Of a stretch of DNA of 64,000 nt, positions 20,582-30,374 are shown piece by piece. The position numbers and the translations under genes were made by a program. Within the stretch, counting starts at the first letter, position 1, and each line of letters starts with the position of its first letter. Source of the DNA: an uncultured Collinsella sp. (GTDB taxonomy: Bacteria; Actinomycetota; Coriobacteriia; Coriobacteriales; Coriobacteriaceae). The stretch covers positions 890 through 64,889 of the forward strand of contig UQKU01000007.1 of the NCBI GenBank assembly GCA_900541675.1, written 5' to 3'. Below the pieces are notes generated by a model. The model was not told where the DNA came from and made no database searches. It saw nothing but the letters and a program-made list of their open reading frames with translations.

Positions 20582-21003
20582 GCTCGACCACGCAGCTCGA
20601 TGCCTTGGATGTCGTCGAAGTTGATGGCGATATCCCTGAGTTTGAGCAGCTTGAATGCGGGTAACACTTCGTCGAGGATGCCCGTGCGGCTACGATAGCC
20701 GTACATATCGTAATAGGTGACGCGCACCAAGTCGCCGCGTTTGAGGCCCTCGAGCTTTTTCGAAAGCTCGAGGGCTTTTTCTTCCGTGAGTTCGCATTTG
20801 GGCTCAACAGTGATTTCTTGTTTGCGCACGAGCTCGTAGTATCCCGTGAGGGCGGCAAAGGGCATAAACTGCGCGGCACGGCCGGCGCGGACGGCGCCGT
20901 TGGCGGTGAGCTTGGGGTCGGAGGAGCGACGTCTTCCCTCGGGGTCCGCTAGACGTTCAAAAGGCGTCGGTGGCCGCATCGGCTGTTGTTGGGACTTAGG
21001 CAC
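20578..21003 (-). CDS. YolD-like protein (Y-family polymerase partner)
   Basis: RAAQFMPFAALTGY motif; overlaps the stop of the upstream polymerase. Confidence 0.85.
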   Translation of the reverse strand: MPKSQQQPMRPPTPFERLADPEGRRRSSDPKLTANGAVRAGRAAQFMPFAALTGYYELVRKQEITVEPKCELTEEKALELSKKLEGLKRGDLVRVTYYDMYGYRSRTGILDEVLPAFKLLKLRDIAINFDDIQGIELRGRA

Positions 21004-22501
21004 GATGTCCTCCTACCTGATCGTTGCGTTCGCGTGCGGTGGCGCCGGCGGTGAAGCTTAATCCCTTGACGAGCGCGTTCTTGCCGTACTTGCCCTTCAC
21101 GGCCAGGACAGCGCGCGCCAGGTCGCGCTCGCGCTCATCGGCCTTAACATCGCTGAACAGGTCGATAGTGGTAAATTCCTCGGGCATGAGGTTGCCAAAT
21201 CCCAGGTTGATGCGCTTGACCGGTCGTTTGGGATCGACAGTCTGCGCCCAGAGCTCATCGAAATAGCCCATGATCTTCTTAAACGAATTGGTACGCTCGG
21301 GCAGCTTGCGCGAGGCGTTGGAGTGCGCAAAGAGCGCGGCATAGCCACCACGCGGCTTGCCGCCGTGTTCGCCCACAAAGATGCCGTCAATCGCCTGTGC
21401 CTCTCGCACCAAACGTCGGCGTTCGTCGTCGCGTTGGACGGGCTTGGGCGCGCGGGGCGTGAGCTCGGGGCCGTCGGTTGCGGCGGGTTCGATGCTCGAC
21501 GTGCTCGAACGCAAATGCCCGCATCCGTCTACATATTGTGCTGTGCCGCTGGCGTCGAGGCGGCGTATGTCGGCGCGCTCGCTCGCGTAGCCTACAAAGA
21601 GCGAGATACTGTTGCACACCACGTGCTTATCGACTAAGTCCAGCACAGCGTTGTCGACCATCTCGCGCAAGACGGTGTAGGCCTGTTCATAGGCATAGCC
21701 TTTCGAGAGCACCTGTCCTGTGGTAGTTGAGGTTGCCTGCGGGCGATAGGCCTGAATATCGGCGATAGTTGTCGGCTCGCGCCCAAAGGCGTGGTCGATA
21801 AGATACTCGGCATTGACGCCGAGCTCGTCGTAGAGCAGGTTTTCGTCGAGCGCCGCGACGCCCATCAGATCGTAGACGCCGTATTTTTCGAGTCGTGCTG
21901 CCACGCCGGGCCCAATGCCCCAGATGTCGGTGATGGGGCGATGGGGCCAGATCTCCTTGCGAAAGGTCTCGTCATCGAGTATGCCGATGCGGCTGGGTAC
22001 GTGCTTGGCGGTAATGTCGAGTGCCACCTTGGCCTGGAATAGGTTGGGGCCGATGCCAACCGTTGCCGTGATGCCGGTGCGCGCCAGGACCTCGTCGCGC
22101 AACATGCAGGCGAAGCCTTCAGCGTCGGTGTGATAGAGGTCCAGATAGGGCGTCACGTCGATAAAGCATTCGTCGATGGAGTAGACGTGCACGTCCTGTG
22201 GGCTGACGAATTCCAGATAGATACCGTAGATTTGCGCCGACACCTCCATGTAGTGCTGCATGCGCGGTACGGCCTTGATGTAGTCGATACCGTCGGGAAT
22301 CTCGAACAGGCGACAGCGGTTATGGATTCCGAGGTCTTTCATGGCCTGTGTGATGGCAAGGCAGATGGTCGTGCGCCCGCGCGATTCGTCGGCAACGACC
22401 AGGTTGGTGGTGAGCGGGTCGAGACCGCGGTCGACGCACTCGACGCTGGCGTAGAACGTCTTGAGGTCGATGCAGATATAGGTGTGACGCTCGTGTCCCA
22501 C
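20996..22501 (-). CDS. Y-family DNA polymerase (UmuC/ImpB/UvrX-like)
   Basis: CIDLKTFYASVEC, YSIDECFID, IWGIG, ERNDQVGGH; GTG start after GGAGG. Confidence 0.92.
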   Translation of the reverse strand: MGHERHTYICIDLKTFYASVECVDRGLDPLTTNLVVADESRGRTTICLAITQAMKDLGIHNRCRLFEIPDGIDYIKAVPRMQHYMEVSAQIYGIYLEFVSPQDVHVYSIDECFIDVTPYLDLYHTDAEGFACMLRDEVLARTGITATVGIGPNLFQAKVALDITAKHVPSRIGILDDETFRKEIWPHRPITDIWGIGPGVAARLEKYGVYDLMGVAALDENLLYDELGVNAEYLIDHAFGREPTTIADIQAYRPQATSTTTGQVLSKGYAYEQAYTVLREMVDNAVLDLVDKHVVCNSISLFVGYASERADIRRLDASGTAQYVDGCGHLRSSTSSIEPAATDGPELTPRAPKPVQRDDERRRLVREAQAIDGIFVGEHGGKPRGGYAALFAHSNASRKLPERTNSFKKIMGYFDELWAQTVDPKRPVKRINLGFGNLMPEEFTTIDLFSDVKADERERDLARAVLAVKGKYGKNALVKGLSFTAGATARERNDQVGGHRA

Positions 22502-22513
22502 GCGTCCTCCCAT

Positions 22514-22544
22514 CAAACACATGTTCTTATCGAATACTTGTTCG
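22514..22544. promoter_or_regulatory. Two tandem LexA (SOS) boxes
   Basis: CAAACACATGTTCT and CGAATACTTGTTCG resemble the Gram-positive CGAAC-N4-GTTCG consensus. Confidence 0.8.
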
Positions 22545-22737
22545 ATAATACCCGCTCGTCCGGACATCGTCAAAACCAACCAAAAAGGGACTGGTTTGTT
22601 TTGGTAGGTATGGTCGTGCGGCTGCATCGGGTTTTAACGCAGCCCTAAAGAGTGTGAAACAGCTCGGAAAACCTCGCTTCGTAGCATGGGTCTAACGATT
22701 GATACCGCCTATACGCACGGAAGGGTTGTGGGAAAGA

Positions 22738-23261
22738 TGGTCAATTGTGGGTTTGGTATGCCGACGCGCCTTGTTGCGGATGGGGACGTGGCTCGCTGGT
22801 GCGGACGATTGGTCGCTCACTACGGTGGCACCAAGGCACTGGTTGTGCTGGGTGGTGACAAGCACACGCGTGATGAGCTCGTTTCGGCGGCGCTGGGCTC
22901 GCTCGATCGCGCCCTGCTCGAACGCGTGCTCTTTCGCTGTGGCTCGGTTGGAGGCGATGGGGGAGGCGAGCTGGTCAACGAGGCCGTGGCCCTGGCGACC
23001 GACGAGGGTGTGGACTTTGTCCTGGCGATCGGTGATGCCGATACAGCCGGCTTTGCGCGCGAGCTCGCCCACCGCATGGCGGCGCTCGATGCCGGTGAGG
23101 ACGGTTTTGTCCCCTATGGATGCATTGTCTCGGAGGGCAAGGTGCCCGCTACGGTGGGAGCCGGCGAGGCTCCCGTTTTTGCCATCATCGCGCCCGAGCT
23201 GCTGGAGGGCATCGGGTCTCCTCTGCGTGAGTTGCTCGGCAGTGTGTGCGCTGCGGCCTAA
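22738..23261 (+). CDS. Truncated/divergent iron-containing alcohol dehydrogenase N-terminal domain
   Basis: FGMPTRLV, YGGTKALVVLGG, EGVDFVLAIG, PVFAIIAPEL; GGGS motif and His-metal domain missing. Confidence 0.6.
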
Positions 23262-23271
23262 TAATTGCCAT

Positions 23272-23338
23272 AAAGGGATGGGTTATTTTTGATTGGTAAA
23301 GCGTTTGACCTGCCAAAATAAACCTGTCCCTTTTTGGT
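23272..23338. repeat. REP-like palindrome with CCTGTCCC core
   Basis: AAAGGGATGGGTTATTTT...AAAATAAACCTGTCCCTTT; right arm is a 28/31 inverted match to 22579-22609. Confidence 0.65.
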
Positions 23339-23462
23339 CGGTCGCCGTTTGGGGGCCGATTGGCAACGCTCGCTGATTGCAGTCTTGACCTGCGCTAGAA
23401 TAGAGATATCTGAATATCCGGGCGTGCATGGAGGTGTGCGCCCGTATGCTGAGGAGGACTTT

Positions 23463-25157
23463 ATGGCAACTGTTGCCGCACCTATCGACGCCACGTCGAC
23501 TGACGCTTGGAAGGCGCTCGAGGCTCATCAGGAGAAGCTCGAGGCCGAGGGTATCGACCTCAAGGCCTGGTTCGCCGCCGATCCCGAGCGTGTGAACAAG
23601 CTGAGCTTTGACGCCGGTGACCTGCACTTCGACCTGTCCAAGAACCTGGTGACCGACGAGACCGTCAAGCTGCTGTGCGATCTTGCCCGCGAGGTGAAGC
23701 TCGAGGAGCGCCGTGACGCCATGTTCTCCGGCGAGCACATCAACACCACCGAGGACCGTGCCGTCCTGCACACCGCGCTGCGCCGCCCGGCTAGCGAGAA
23801 GGGGCAGCTCGTCGTCGACGGCCAGGACGTTGTCGCCGACGTGCACGAGGTCCTCGACCGCATGTACGCCTTCGCCGAGCGTGTGCGCTCCGGTGAGTGG
23901 AAGGGCGTTACCGGCAAGAAGATCGAGCACCTGGTGTCCATTGGCATCGGCGGCTCCGACCTGGGCCCGGTCATGGCGTACGAGGCCCTGCGTCCCTATG
24001 CCGACGCCGGTATCGATTGCCGCTACATCTCCAACATCGACCCCAACGATCAGGCAGAGAAGCTCAAGGGCCTGGACCCCGAGACCACGCTTGTGATCAT
24101 CGTCTCCAAGACCTTCACCACGCTCGAGACCCTCACCAACGCCCGCGAGGTCAAGACCTGGATGCTCGAGCAGCTCAAGGCTCAGGGCGCCATCGACGGC
24201 TCCGATGAGCAGAACGCCGAGGCCGTGGCAAAGCACTTCGTCGCTGTCTCCACCGCACTCGAGAAGGTTGAGGCCTTCGGTATCGACCCCGCCAACGCCT
24301 TCGGTTTCTGGAACTGGGTCGGCGGCCGCTACTCCGTCGACTCCGCCGTGGGCCTGTCGCTGATCGTCGTGCTCGGCCCCGAGCGCTTCCAGCAGTTCCT
24401 CGAGGGCTTCCACGCCATCGACGAGTACTTCTGCAACACCCCGCTCGAGAACAACGCCGTCGCGCTGATGGGCCTGCTCAACGTCTGGTACGTCAACTTC
24501 TTCGGTTCCAAGAGCCACGCCGTACTTCCGTACTGCCAGTACCTGCATCGTTTCCCGGCCTACCTGCAGCAGCTCACCATGGAGTCCAACGGCAAGCACG
24601 TCCGCTGGGACGGCAGCGCCGTGACCTCCGATACCGGTGAGATCTTCTGGGGCGAGCCCGGCACCAACGGTCAGCACGCCTTCTACCAGCTGCTGCACCA
24701 GGGCACCGTGGTGGTCCCGGCCGACTTTATCGCTTTCGCCAACACTGCCAACCCCGCAACCGACAGCGGCCAGGATGTCCACGAGCTGTTCCTGGGCAAC
24801 TTCCTGGCCCAGACCAAGGCACTCGCCTTTGGTAAGACGGCCGATGAGGTGCGCGCCGAGGGCACGCCCGAGCAGATCGTCCCGGCCCGCTGCTTTGAGG
24901 GCAACCGTCCGACGACCTCGATCTTCGGCGACACGTTGACCCCGTTCGCGCTCGGCGAGCTCATCGCCCTGTACGAGCACATTACGTTTGTCGAGGGCAC
25001 GGTCTGGGGCATCGACTCCTACGACCAGTGGGGCGTCGAGCTGGGCAAGCAGCTTGCCAAGCAGATTACCCCGGCCTTCCACGACGACGCCGCCAAGGCC
25101 GAGCAGGACGCTTCGACCCAGGCGCTCATCGAGTTCTACCGCGCGCATCGCAAGTAG
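23463..25157 (+). CDS. pgi: Glucose-6-phosphate isomerase
   Basis: [41 protein letters not shown]. Confidence 0.97.
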   Translation: MATVAAPIDATSTDAWKALEAHQEKLEAEGIDLKAWFAADPERVNKLSFDAGDLHFDLSKNLVTDETVKLLCDLAREVKLEERRDAMFSGEHINTTEDRAVLHTALRRPASEKGQLVVDGQDVVADVHEVLDRMYAFAERVRSGEWKGVTGKKIEHLVSIGIGGSDLGPVMAYEALRPYADAGIDCRYISNIDPNDQAEKLKGLDPETTLVIIVSKTFTTLETLTNAREVKTWMLEQLKAQGAIDGSDEQNAEAVAKHFVAVSTALEKVEAFGIDPANAFGFWNWVGGRYSVDSAVGLSLIVVLGPERFQQFLEGFHAIDEYFCNTPLENNAVALMGLLNVWYVNFFGSKSHAVLPYCQYLHRFPAYLQQLTMESNGKHVRWDGSAVTSDTGEIFWGEPGTNGQHAFYQLLHQGTVVVPADFIAFANTANPATDSGQDVHELFLGNFLAQTKALAFGKTADEVRAEGTPEQIVPARCFEGNRPTTSIFGDTLTPFALGELIALYEHITFVEGTVWGIDSYDQWGVELGKQLAKQITPAFHDDAAKAEQDASTQALIEFYRAHRK

Positions 25158-25190
25158 TCGCTGCTGTTAACGCATCGCGCCTTATAGTCA

Positions 25191-25223
25191 GGGGCCCGTA
25201 TCCTATCGGATGCGGGCCCCTTT
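25191..25223 (+). terminator. Terminator hairpin after pgi
   Basis: GGGGCCCGTATCC...GGATGCGGGCCCC followed by TTT. Confidence 0.7.
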
Positions 25224-25298
25224 GCTTTGCCGTGGTCCCGGGGCGCACGGCCTTTGTGGAACATCGCCGGGGCGCCGCGCGCTGCGAGAACCCTGCGC

Positions 25299-26603
25299 CT
25301 AGATCTCGGCCTCCGCATGGCCTCGCTGCGCCTCGGGCAGCTCCCCGTAGAGCGGATGGTCTTCGAGCCTAAAGCGCTCGACCTGTTCGGGAGTGCGACC
25401 GCGTACAAAGAGCCACGAGCGATCGATCGGCGTCGCCATGAGCGTGCTGGGGAGCGCGTCGGCGCGGTCGGAAAACACCCGGGCACTCTCTGGATCCTGG
25501 AATGCCAGCACCAGATGCGTGTCGCAGTTGCCCATGATGGAGCGAGCGCGTGCCTCGCCATAGAGCGCATCGAGCTGGTTGGTCGACTGCAGCAGCAGCG
25601 TTGCCCAGATGTTGCGGCTTCGGATAATCGAGAGCACGTTGTCGATCTGGAGGATCTGCAGATTTGCGAAGTCATCGAGCATAAAGCGCACGGGCATGGG
25701 CAGGCTGCCGTCGGGCTGCCTATCGGCCTCACGAATGAGGCCCATAAACGCCTGCGAAATAAAGAGGCCGGTCAGCGGATCGAGATTGCGGTCAATATCG
25801 CTTACGGTTACAAACAGGGCGCAGGGGGTGTGTCCCATGGAAGCGAAGTCCACCTGATGGCACTCACGATAGAGCTGTGCCGCACCGTCGAATCCCAGAC
25901 ACATGACCTTTTCGGCAAGGATGCCGACGATGCTCGCGTGCATGCGCTCGGCATTTTGCGTAATGGCGTAGCGCCGCCATAGCGAGAGGGCATAGCTTTG
26001 GGGGTCGGTCGTGATCAGGTCGTCAAACAATCGACCCGTGGCACCGTCCTGCAGGTGCTCGATCAGCTTGATGACCGAGCTGATCGTCTGCTCGTCGGCG
26101 GGTAGCTGTTCGGTGACGTAGGCGATAAGACACGACAGCAGGTTTGCCGCCGCATGATCCCAAAAAGGCTGGTTGTTGTCCTCGATGGGGCAGATGGCCT
26201 TTGCCACCGAGAGGATGTCCTGCTGGTTGGGCCTGCCGTCCGCCTTGCGGCGAATGTGCCTCAGGGGGTTGTAGCCGCAGCGCTCGATGCCGGGCGCAAG
26301 GGCCGGGACGGTGTTGAGGTCGGCGAAGTTGAGACATTGCACGCGGTAGCCGTGGGCTGCCAGCACGGGTCCCACTTCGCGACAGAGCGTGCCTTTGGTG
26401 TCGAGCACGATGTAGCTTGCGTTCATTTGCAGCAGGTTGGGCTTGAGGACGTTTCGGGTCTTGCCGGCTCCCGAGGGGCCGATCACAAGTGCATTGTTGT
26501 TGAGTCCCGTTTGGCGGGTGTCGCAGGAAAGCGTTCGATCCTTGGCGAGGATGGTGGACGATGCGGACTCAGATGCGGCGAGGCGGCTGGCGAGGTTAGA
26601 CAT
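25299..26603 (-). CDS. VirD4/TraG-like P-loop ATPase lacking transmembrane anchor
   Basis: NNNALVIGPSGAGKTR, VLDTKG, YNPL, PFWDHAA, FMLDDFANL, IRSR, LQS..QL..LYG, IMGNCD. Confidence 0.88.
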   Translation of the reverse strand: MSNLASRLAASESASSTILAKDRTLSCDTRQTGLNNNALVIGPSGAGKTRNVLKPNLLQMNASYIVLDTKGTLCREVGPVLAAHGYRVQCLNFADLNTVPALAPGIERCGYNPLRHIRRKADGRPNQQDILSVAKAICPIEDNNQPFWDHAAANLLSCLIAYVTEQLPADEQTISSVIKLIEHLQDGATGRLFDDLITTDPQSYALSLWRRYAITQNAERMHASIVGILAEKVMCLGFDGAAQLYRECHQVDFASMGHTPCALFVTVSDIDRNLDPLTGLFISQAFMGLIREADRQPDGSLPMPVRFMLDDFANLQILQIDNVLSIIRSRNIWATLLLQSTNQLDALYGEARARSIMGNCDTHLVLAFQDPESARVFSDRADALPSTLMATPIDRSWLFVRGRTPEQVERFRLEDHPLYGELPEAQRGHAEAEI

Positions 26604-27213
26604 GGGCGACCTCCTTGGTGGCCGAGAGGATTTCGTGGGCAAAGCCGAGCTCGACGGCGCGCTCGGCCGAAAGGTGGGTGTCTTTTGCAGTGAGGGACTG
26701 GATGCGCTTGGGCGTGAGGCCGCTGCGGTCCGAGAGGATTTGCGTGAGGGTCTTGCGGGTCTGCATGAGACGCCGGCTGGTTTCCTGCAGCGCAAGTGCC
26801 GAGCCGCCTGCCCCCTGGGGGATCAGCGGGTCGTGAATCATGAGCTCTGCATGGGGCGCCATACGGCGATCGTCGCCGCCCATAAAGATCACGGCGCCCA
26901 TGGACGCGGCGAATTCCAGGCAGACGGTGCGGATGGGGCACGATGCGAGGCGCATGGCGTCATAGATCGCAAGGCCCGATCGCACGCTTCCGCCGGCGCT
27001 GGCGACAAATATGGTGATGGGGCGGCTGGGGTCGGTGGCATCGAGCAGGCGGATCTGCTGGCATAGGTCGTGGGCCATCGGGGTTTCGATGTTTCCCATG
27101 ACGGAGAGCTCGCGACGGGCGAGCATCTCATCGTAAATGCTGGTGAGCGTGATACCTCGGGCGGATTCACGCATGGTGAGGGGACTGATGATGGGGGAAT
27201 GATTGGTGTCCAT
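26596..27213 (-). CDS. clpP: ClpP-family serine protease
   Basis: SAGGSV, GLAIYDAM, AASMG (Ser), MIHDP (His), KDTHLSAERAVELGF (Asp); AGGAG RBS. Confidence 0.92.
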   Translation of the reverse strand: MDTNHSPIISPLTMRESARGITLTSIYDEMLARRELSVMGNIETPMAHDLCQQIRLLDATDPSRPITIFVASAGGSVRSGLAIYDAMRLASCPIRTVCLEFAASMGAVIFMGGDDRRMAPHAELMIHDPLIPQGAGGSALALQETSRRLMQTRKTLTQILSDRSGLTPKRIQSLTAKDTHLSAERAVELGFAHEILSATKEVAHV

Positions 27214-27276
27214 GAGGACTCCTTTCTGTTGGTTGTGTTGTGGAATAGGATTGTTGCCCGCGGAGGGGCTGGCGGG

Positions 27277-28167
27277 CTACAGGGCTCGTCCGAGCCTGAG
27301 ATCGAGCTCGGTTGTGGGGCAGGCTGCCTGTTCGTGCGGCTCGCAAGCACCAAAGGCTCCAAAGCGATGGAGCGTTGCGGCGGGCGTGGTGTAGGCGAGC
27401 CGCAGCTGATGCTCGACAGGGGCACATCCGTCATTTTTGTAATGAGCCGCGTAGTACTGCGCGATGCTGGCGTTCATCTCGCTGCCATTGCGATGGCGCT
27501 CAAACTGGCGTCTGCAGGTCTCGATGATCTTTGCTACCGACTTGGGTGCCGTCGCGGGAACAAGGGCGAGATAGCCCTCAAATAGCTCGTTGATGCTCAG
27601 GAGGCACAGCAGATCGATCAGCGTCCTTATGGCTGCTCCCTCGGCGGAAAAGTGCGCGGTCATGCGGTTATATCGGTTGCGGTCGACGATGGCCGCATGG
27701 GGTCTTGGAGTTTTCTGCCCCGTGGTCCCGGGCTTTTGCCGCGCCTGTGCATTGAGCTCGACGTTGCAGCGCTTGAGGCCGTCCAACGGAAGGAACAGTG
27801 CGGTGCGCAGGGTGTTCCGCTTGCTTTCGAGTTCATGACGCTCGTCGGGTTCCCATTCGAGCTTGAGTTTCGTGTCGAGTGCCGTAAGCATATGGGCTAG
27901 GCAGTCTACGGTAAGAACGTACGAATCGTTGTCGCGTTTTGGGGCATAGGGGTCTGTCAGCTTGCGAATGTCGGGGTCGCCCATGATCTTTGTGCAGCGC
28001 TTCAGCAGTTGAGGGTGGTCGGCCAAGATCGTCGCGAGCGGTAGCGACGCGTAGTTCTTGATGGTCGCGGCGGCAAAGGCGGCGTCATATTCGTTTGCAT
28101 ATGCTCGCTCAATGCGGGCATCCAGAATGCTTTTCTTATCGCCGTCTTCAGCGTGGTGGTTTGTCAT
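27277..28167 (-). CDS. Hypothetical, probably alpha-helical protein (296 aa)
   Basis: Long ORF with GGAGA RBS before ATG, co-oriented with clpP; no motif recognised. Confidence 0.7.
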   Translation of the reverse strand: MTNHHAEDGDKKSILDARIERAYANEYDAAFAAATIKNYASLPLATILADHPQLLKRCTKIMGDPDIRKLTDPYAPKRDNDSYVLTVDCLAHMLTALDTKLKLEWEPDERHELESKRNTLRTALFLPLDGLKRCNVELNAQARQKPGTTGQKTPRPHAAIVDRNRYNRMTAHFSAEGAAIRTLIDLLCLLSINELFEGYLALVPATAPKSVAKIIETCRRQFERHRNGSEMNASIAQYYAAHYKNDGCAPVEHQLRLAYTTPAATLHRFGAFGACEPHEQAACPTTELDLRLGRAL

Positions 28168-28657
28168 AGCTTCTCCAATCGGTTGATGTTCGTGCTGTTT
28201 GTTGATGTGTTGGTTGTCGTGAGTGATGTGCTTGCCGTGGGTGATGTGCTGACGTTGGGGTGCTATGCGGTTTTCAATGAGCCCGTGAGGCGGTTGCTGC
28301 AGGGGCGGGATGAAACGGCCCATGCAAGGCGGAAGGCATCGTGCTCAAAATCGAGACAGCAATGCCCTGGGCGCCTCACATGTGGCAGTTACCTCATTAA
28401 GTTGTCATTGCGTTTGGGGTTGTACTTTGCCGATCTTCCTTCTCTTACACGCTGAAAACTGAAACTGAATATGCTCGATCTACTTAAAACCGCAACAGCG
28501 ATCTTTTATCAACTTATATGTCGGAACGCGTCTTTGCAAGTACTTTTTTGCCTTTGTTTCAAATGGGGTGGTTTTGCAACCGTCATACGCGCGCTGTGCG
28601 AACGTGCCCCGGCTCGGATAAGATAGTGCGCGATAAAAACGATGCAAGGAGGCACAT

Positions 28658-29500
28658 ATGGCAATCAAAGCCATCGCGATGGATATCGACGGTACGCTCA
28701 CCAACGACCAGAAAGTGATTAGCTCGCGTACGCGCGAGAAGCTGCTCGCGGCGCAGGAATCGGGCATTAAGCTCATCTTGGCTTCGGGCCGTCCCGCATG
28801 GGGGCTGCACGCCTTGGCGCAGGAGCTCGACCTTCAAAACCATGACGGTCTGCTGGTGGCCTTTAACGGCGCGCATGTGGTCGACGCTCAGACCGACGAG
28901 GTGCTGTTCGATCAGGCTATGCCTGCCGACGAATTGCATCGCCTGATTGATCACCTGCGTAATTTTGACGTGATCCCTATGATTTCGCTCGGTCGTGATT
29001 TGCATGTCGAGGACTCGTACCATTGCATGATCACGCTGCCTGACGACTCGCAGAAGAATATCGTCAAGTATGAGCGCGATGCGTGCGATCTTAAGATTCG
29101 CGAGGTCGAGAGCTTGCATGAGGTTGTGGACGCTTATCCCGTGGACAAGCTGCTGACGGCGGGCGATCCGGCCTACCTGCAGGCGCATTACGAGGAGATG
29201 TATGCGCCCTTTAAGCAGACGCTTTCGGGCATGTTTACGGCCGACTGGTACTTTGAGTACACGGCGCCCGGTATCGACAAGGCCCGTGCGCTCGAGGGTG
29301 CCCTGCCCAAGCTCGGCATCGATGCCAGCGATGTCGTATCGTTTGGCGACGGCCAGAACGACAAGTCCATGATTGAGTGGGCCGGCACGGGTGTAGCCAT
29401 GGGCAACGCCGTCGATGAGGTTAAGGCTGTGGCCCAGATGGTGACCGCCAATAACAACGAAGATGGTATTGCGGTGGCGCTGGATAAGCTGCTGGGCTAG
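28658..29500 (+). CDS. Cof-type HAD-IIB hydrolase
   Basis: MDIDGTL, ASGR, FNGA, FGDGQNDKSM. Confidence 0.92.
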   Translation: MAIKAIAMDIDGTLTNDQKVISSRTREKLLAAQESGIKLILASGRPAWGLHALAQELDLQNHDGLLVAFNGAHVVDAQTDEVLFDQAMPADELHRLIDHLRNFDVIPMISLGRDLHVEDSYHCMITLPDDSQKNIVKYERDACDLKIREVESLHEVVDAYPVDKLLTAGDPAYLQAHYEEMYAPFKQTLSGMFTADWYFEYTAPGIDKARALEGALPKLGIDASDVVSFGDGQNDKSMIEWAGTGVAMGNAVDEVKAVAQMVTANNNEDGIAVALDKLLG

Positions 29501-29564
29501 AATCGCCGATTAATGCATGATTCGGGCGCCTGCTCGCGGGCGTCCTTTTGTTAGGGAGGGTGCC

Positions 29565-30224
29565 GTGTCCGCATTTCCGTTCGACGCCGTTATCTTTGAC
29601 ATGGACGGCGTCATTGTCGATACCGAGTATTACTACTTGGGCGAGACTGCCGCGTTTGCCAAGGAGCTGGGGCTTAATCTGACTCAAGAGGAGTTGAATG
29701 GGCAGGTCGGTACCTCCCATCAGTTCTTCCTGCATATGCTGGTCGATTGGTTTGAGCGCGCCGGTAAGGGGCATTTCACTGGCGAGGAAGCGTTGGCCCG
29801 TTGGGACGAGTGGGCGCATAAACGTCCGCGCGACTATCAGGCTTTGATTAACCCAGGCGCCGTGGATACGATTCGAGAGCTGCCGCGCCGTGGCGTTCGC
29901 GTGGCGCTTGCCAGCTCGTCTCCCATGGTTAGCATCGAGGAAGTGCTCAACGCATGCGGGCTGTCGGATGCCTTTGAGTATGTGGTGAGCGGCGAGCAGT
30001 TTAAGGAGAGCAAGCCCGAGCCCGACATCTACCTGCATGCGCTGGATCTGCTGGGGCTGCCCGCGAATCGCTGCTGCTGCGTTGAGGATTCCGTTCCGGG
30101 CATTACCGCGGGTAAGCGAGCCGGCTTGACAGTCATTGCCAAGCTCGAGGAGCGCTTTGGATTTAGCCAGGATGCCGCGGACAAGATTATCGACCAGCTG
30201 CCGGAACTGCTCACGCTTTCTTAG
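29565..30224 (+). CDS. HAD-IA family phosphatase
   Basis: IFDMDGVIVDTE, LASSS, SKPEPDIY, VEDS..GI.AG. Confidence 0.9.
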   Translation: MSAFPFDAVIFDMDGVIVDTEYYYLGETAAFAKELGLNLTQEELNGQVGTSHQFFLHMLVDWFERAGKGHFTGEEALARWDEWAHKRPRDYQALINPGAVDTIRELPRRGVRVALASSSPMVSIEEVLNACGLSDAFEYVVSGEQFKESKPEPDIYLHALDLLGLPANRCCCVEDSVPGITAGKRAGLTVIAKLEERFGFSQDAADKIIDQLPELLTLS

Positions 30225-30374
30225 GAGCGCGGTAGTTGCGCGTTTTTCGGGTCAGATGAGTAAATACCCGACATTTTGGTGCGGCAGCAAGCATACTTAA
30301 TGCTAATGCGGGCTTAAGGGCTTGCTGAATGCCCTTGGGCCCGCTTTAGACTTAATTGTGCTGGGAGAGGGTAT

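Noticed and set aside
25299..26603. Conjugative element (ICE) call from the VirD4-like gene
   Set aside because: No relaxase, VirB4, integrase or att-like repeats seen in the window.
28170..28260. Mini-CRISPR interpretation of the CACATCA repeats
   Set aside because: Units are about 7 bp with 15-21 bp spacing, far too short for repeat-spacer structure.
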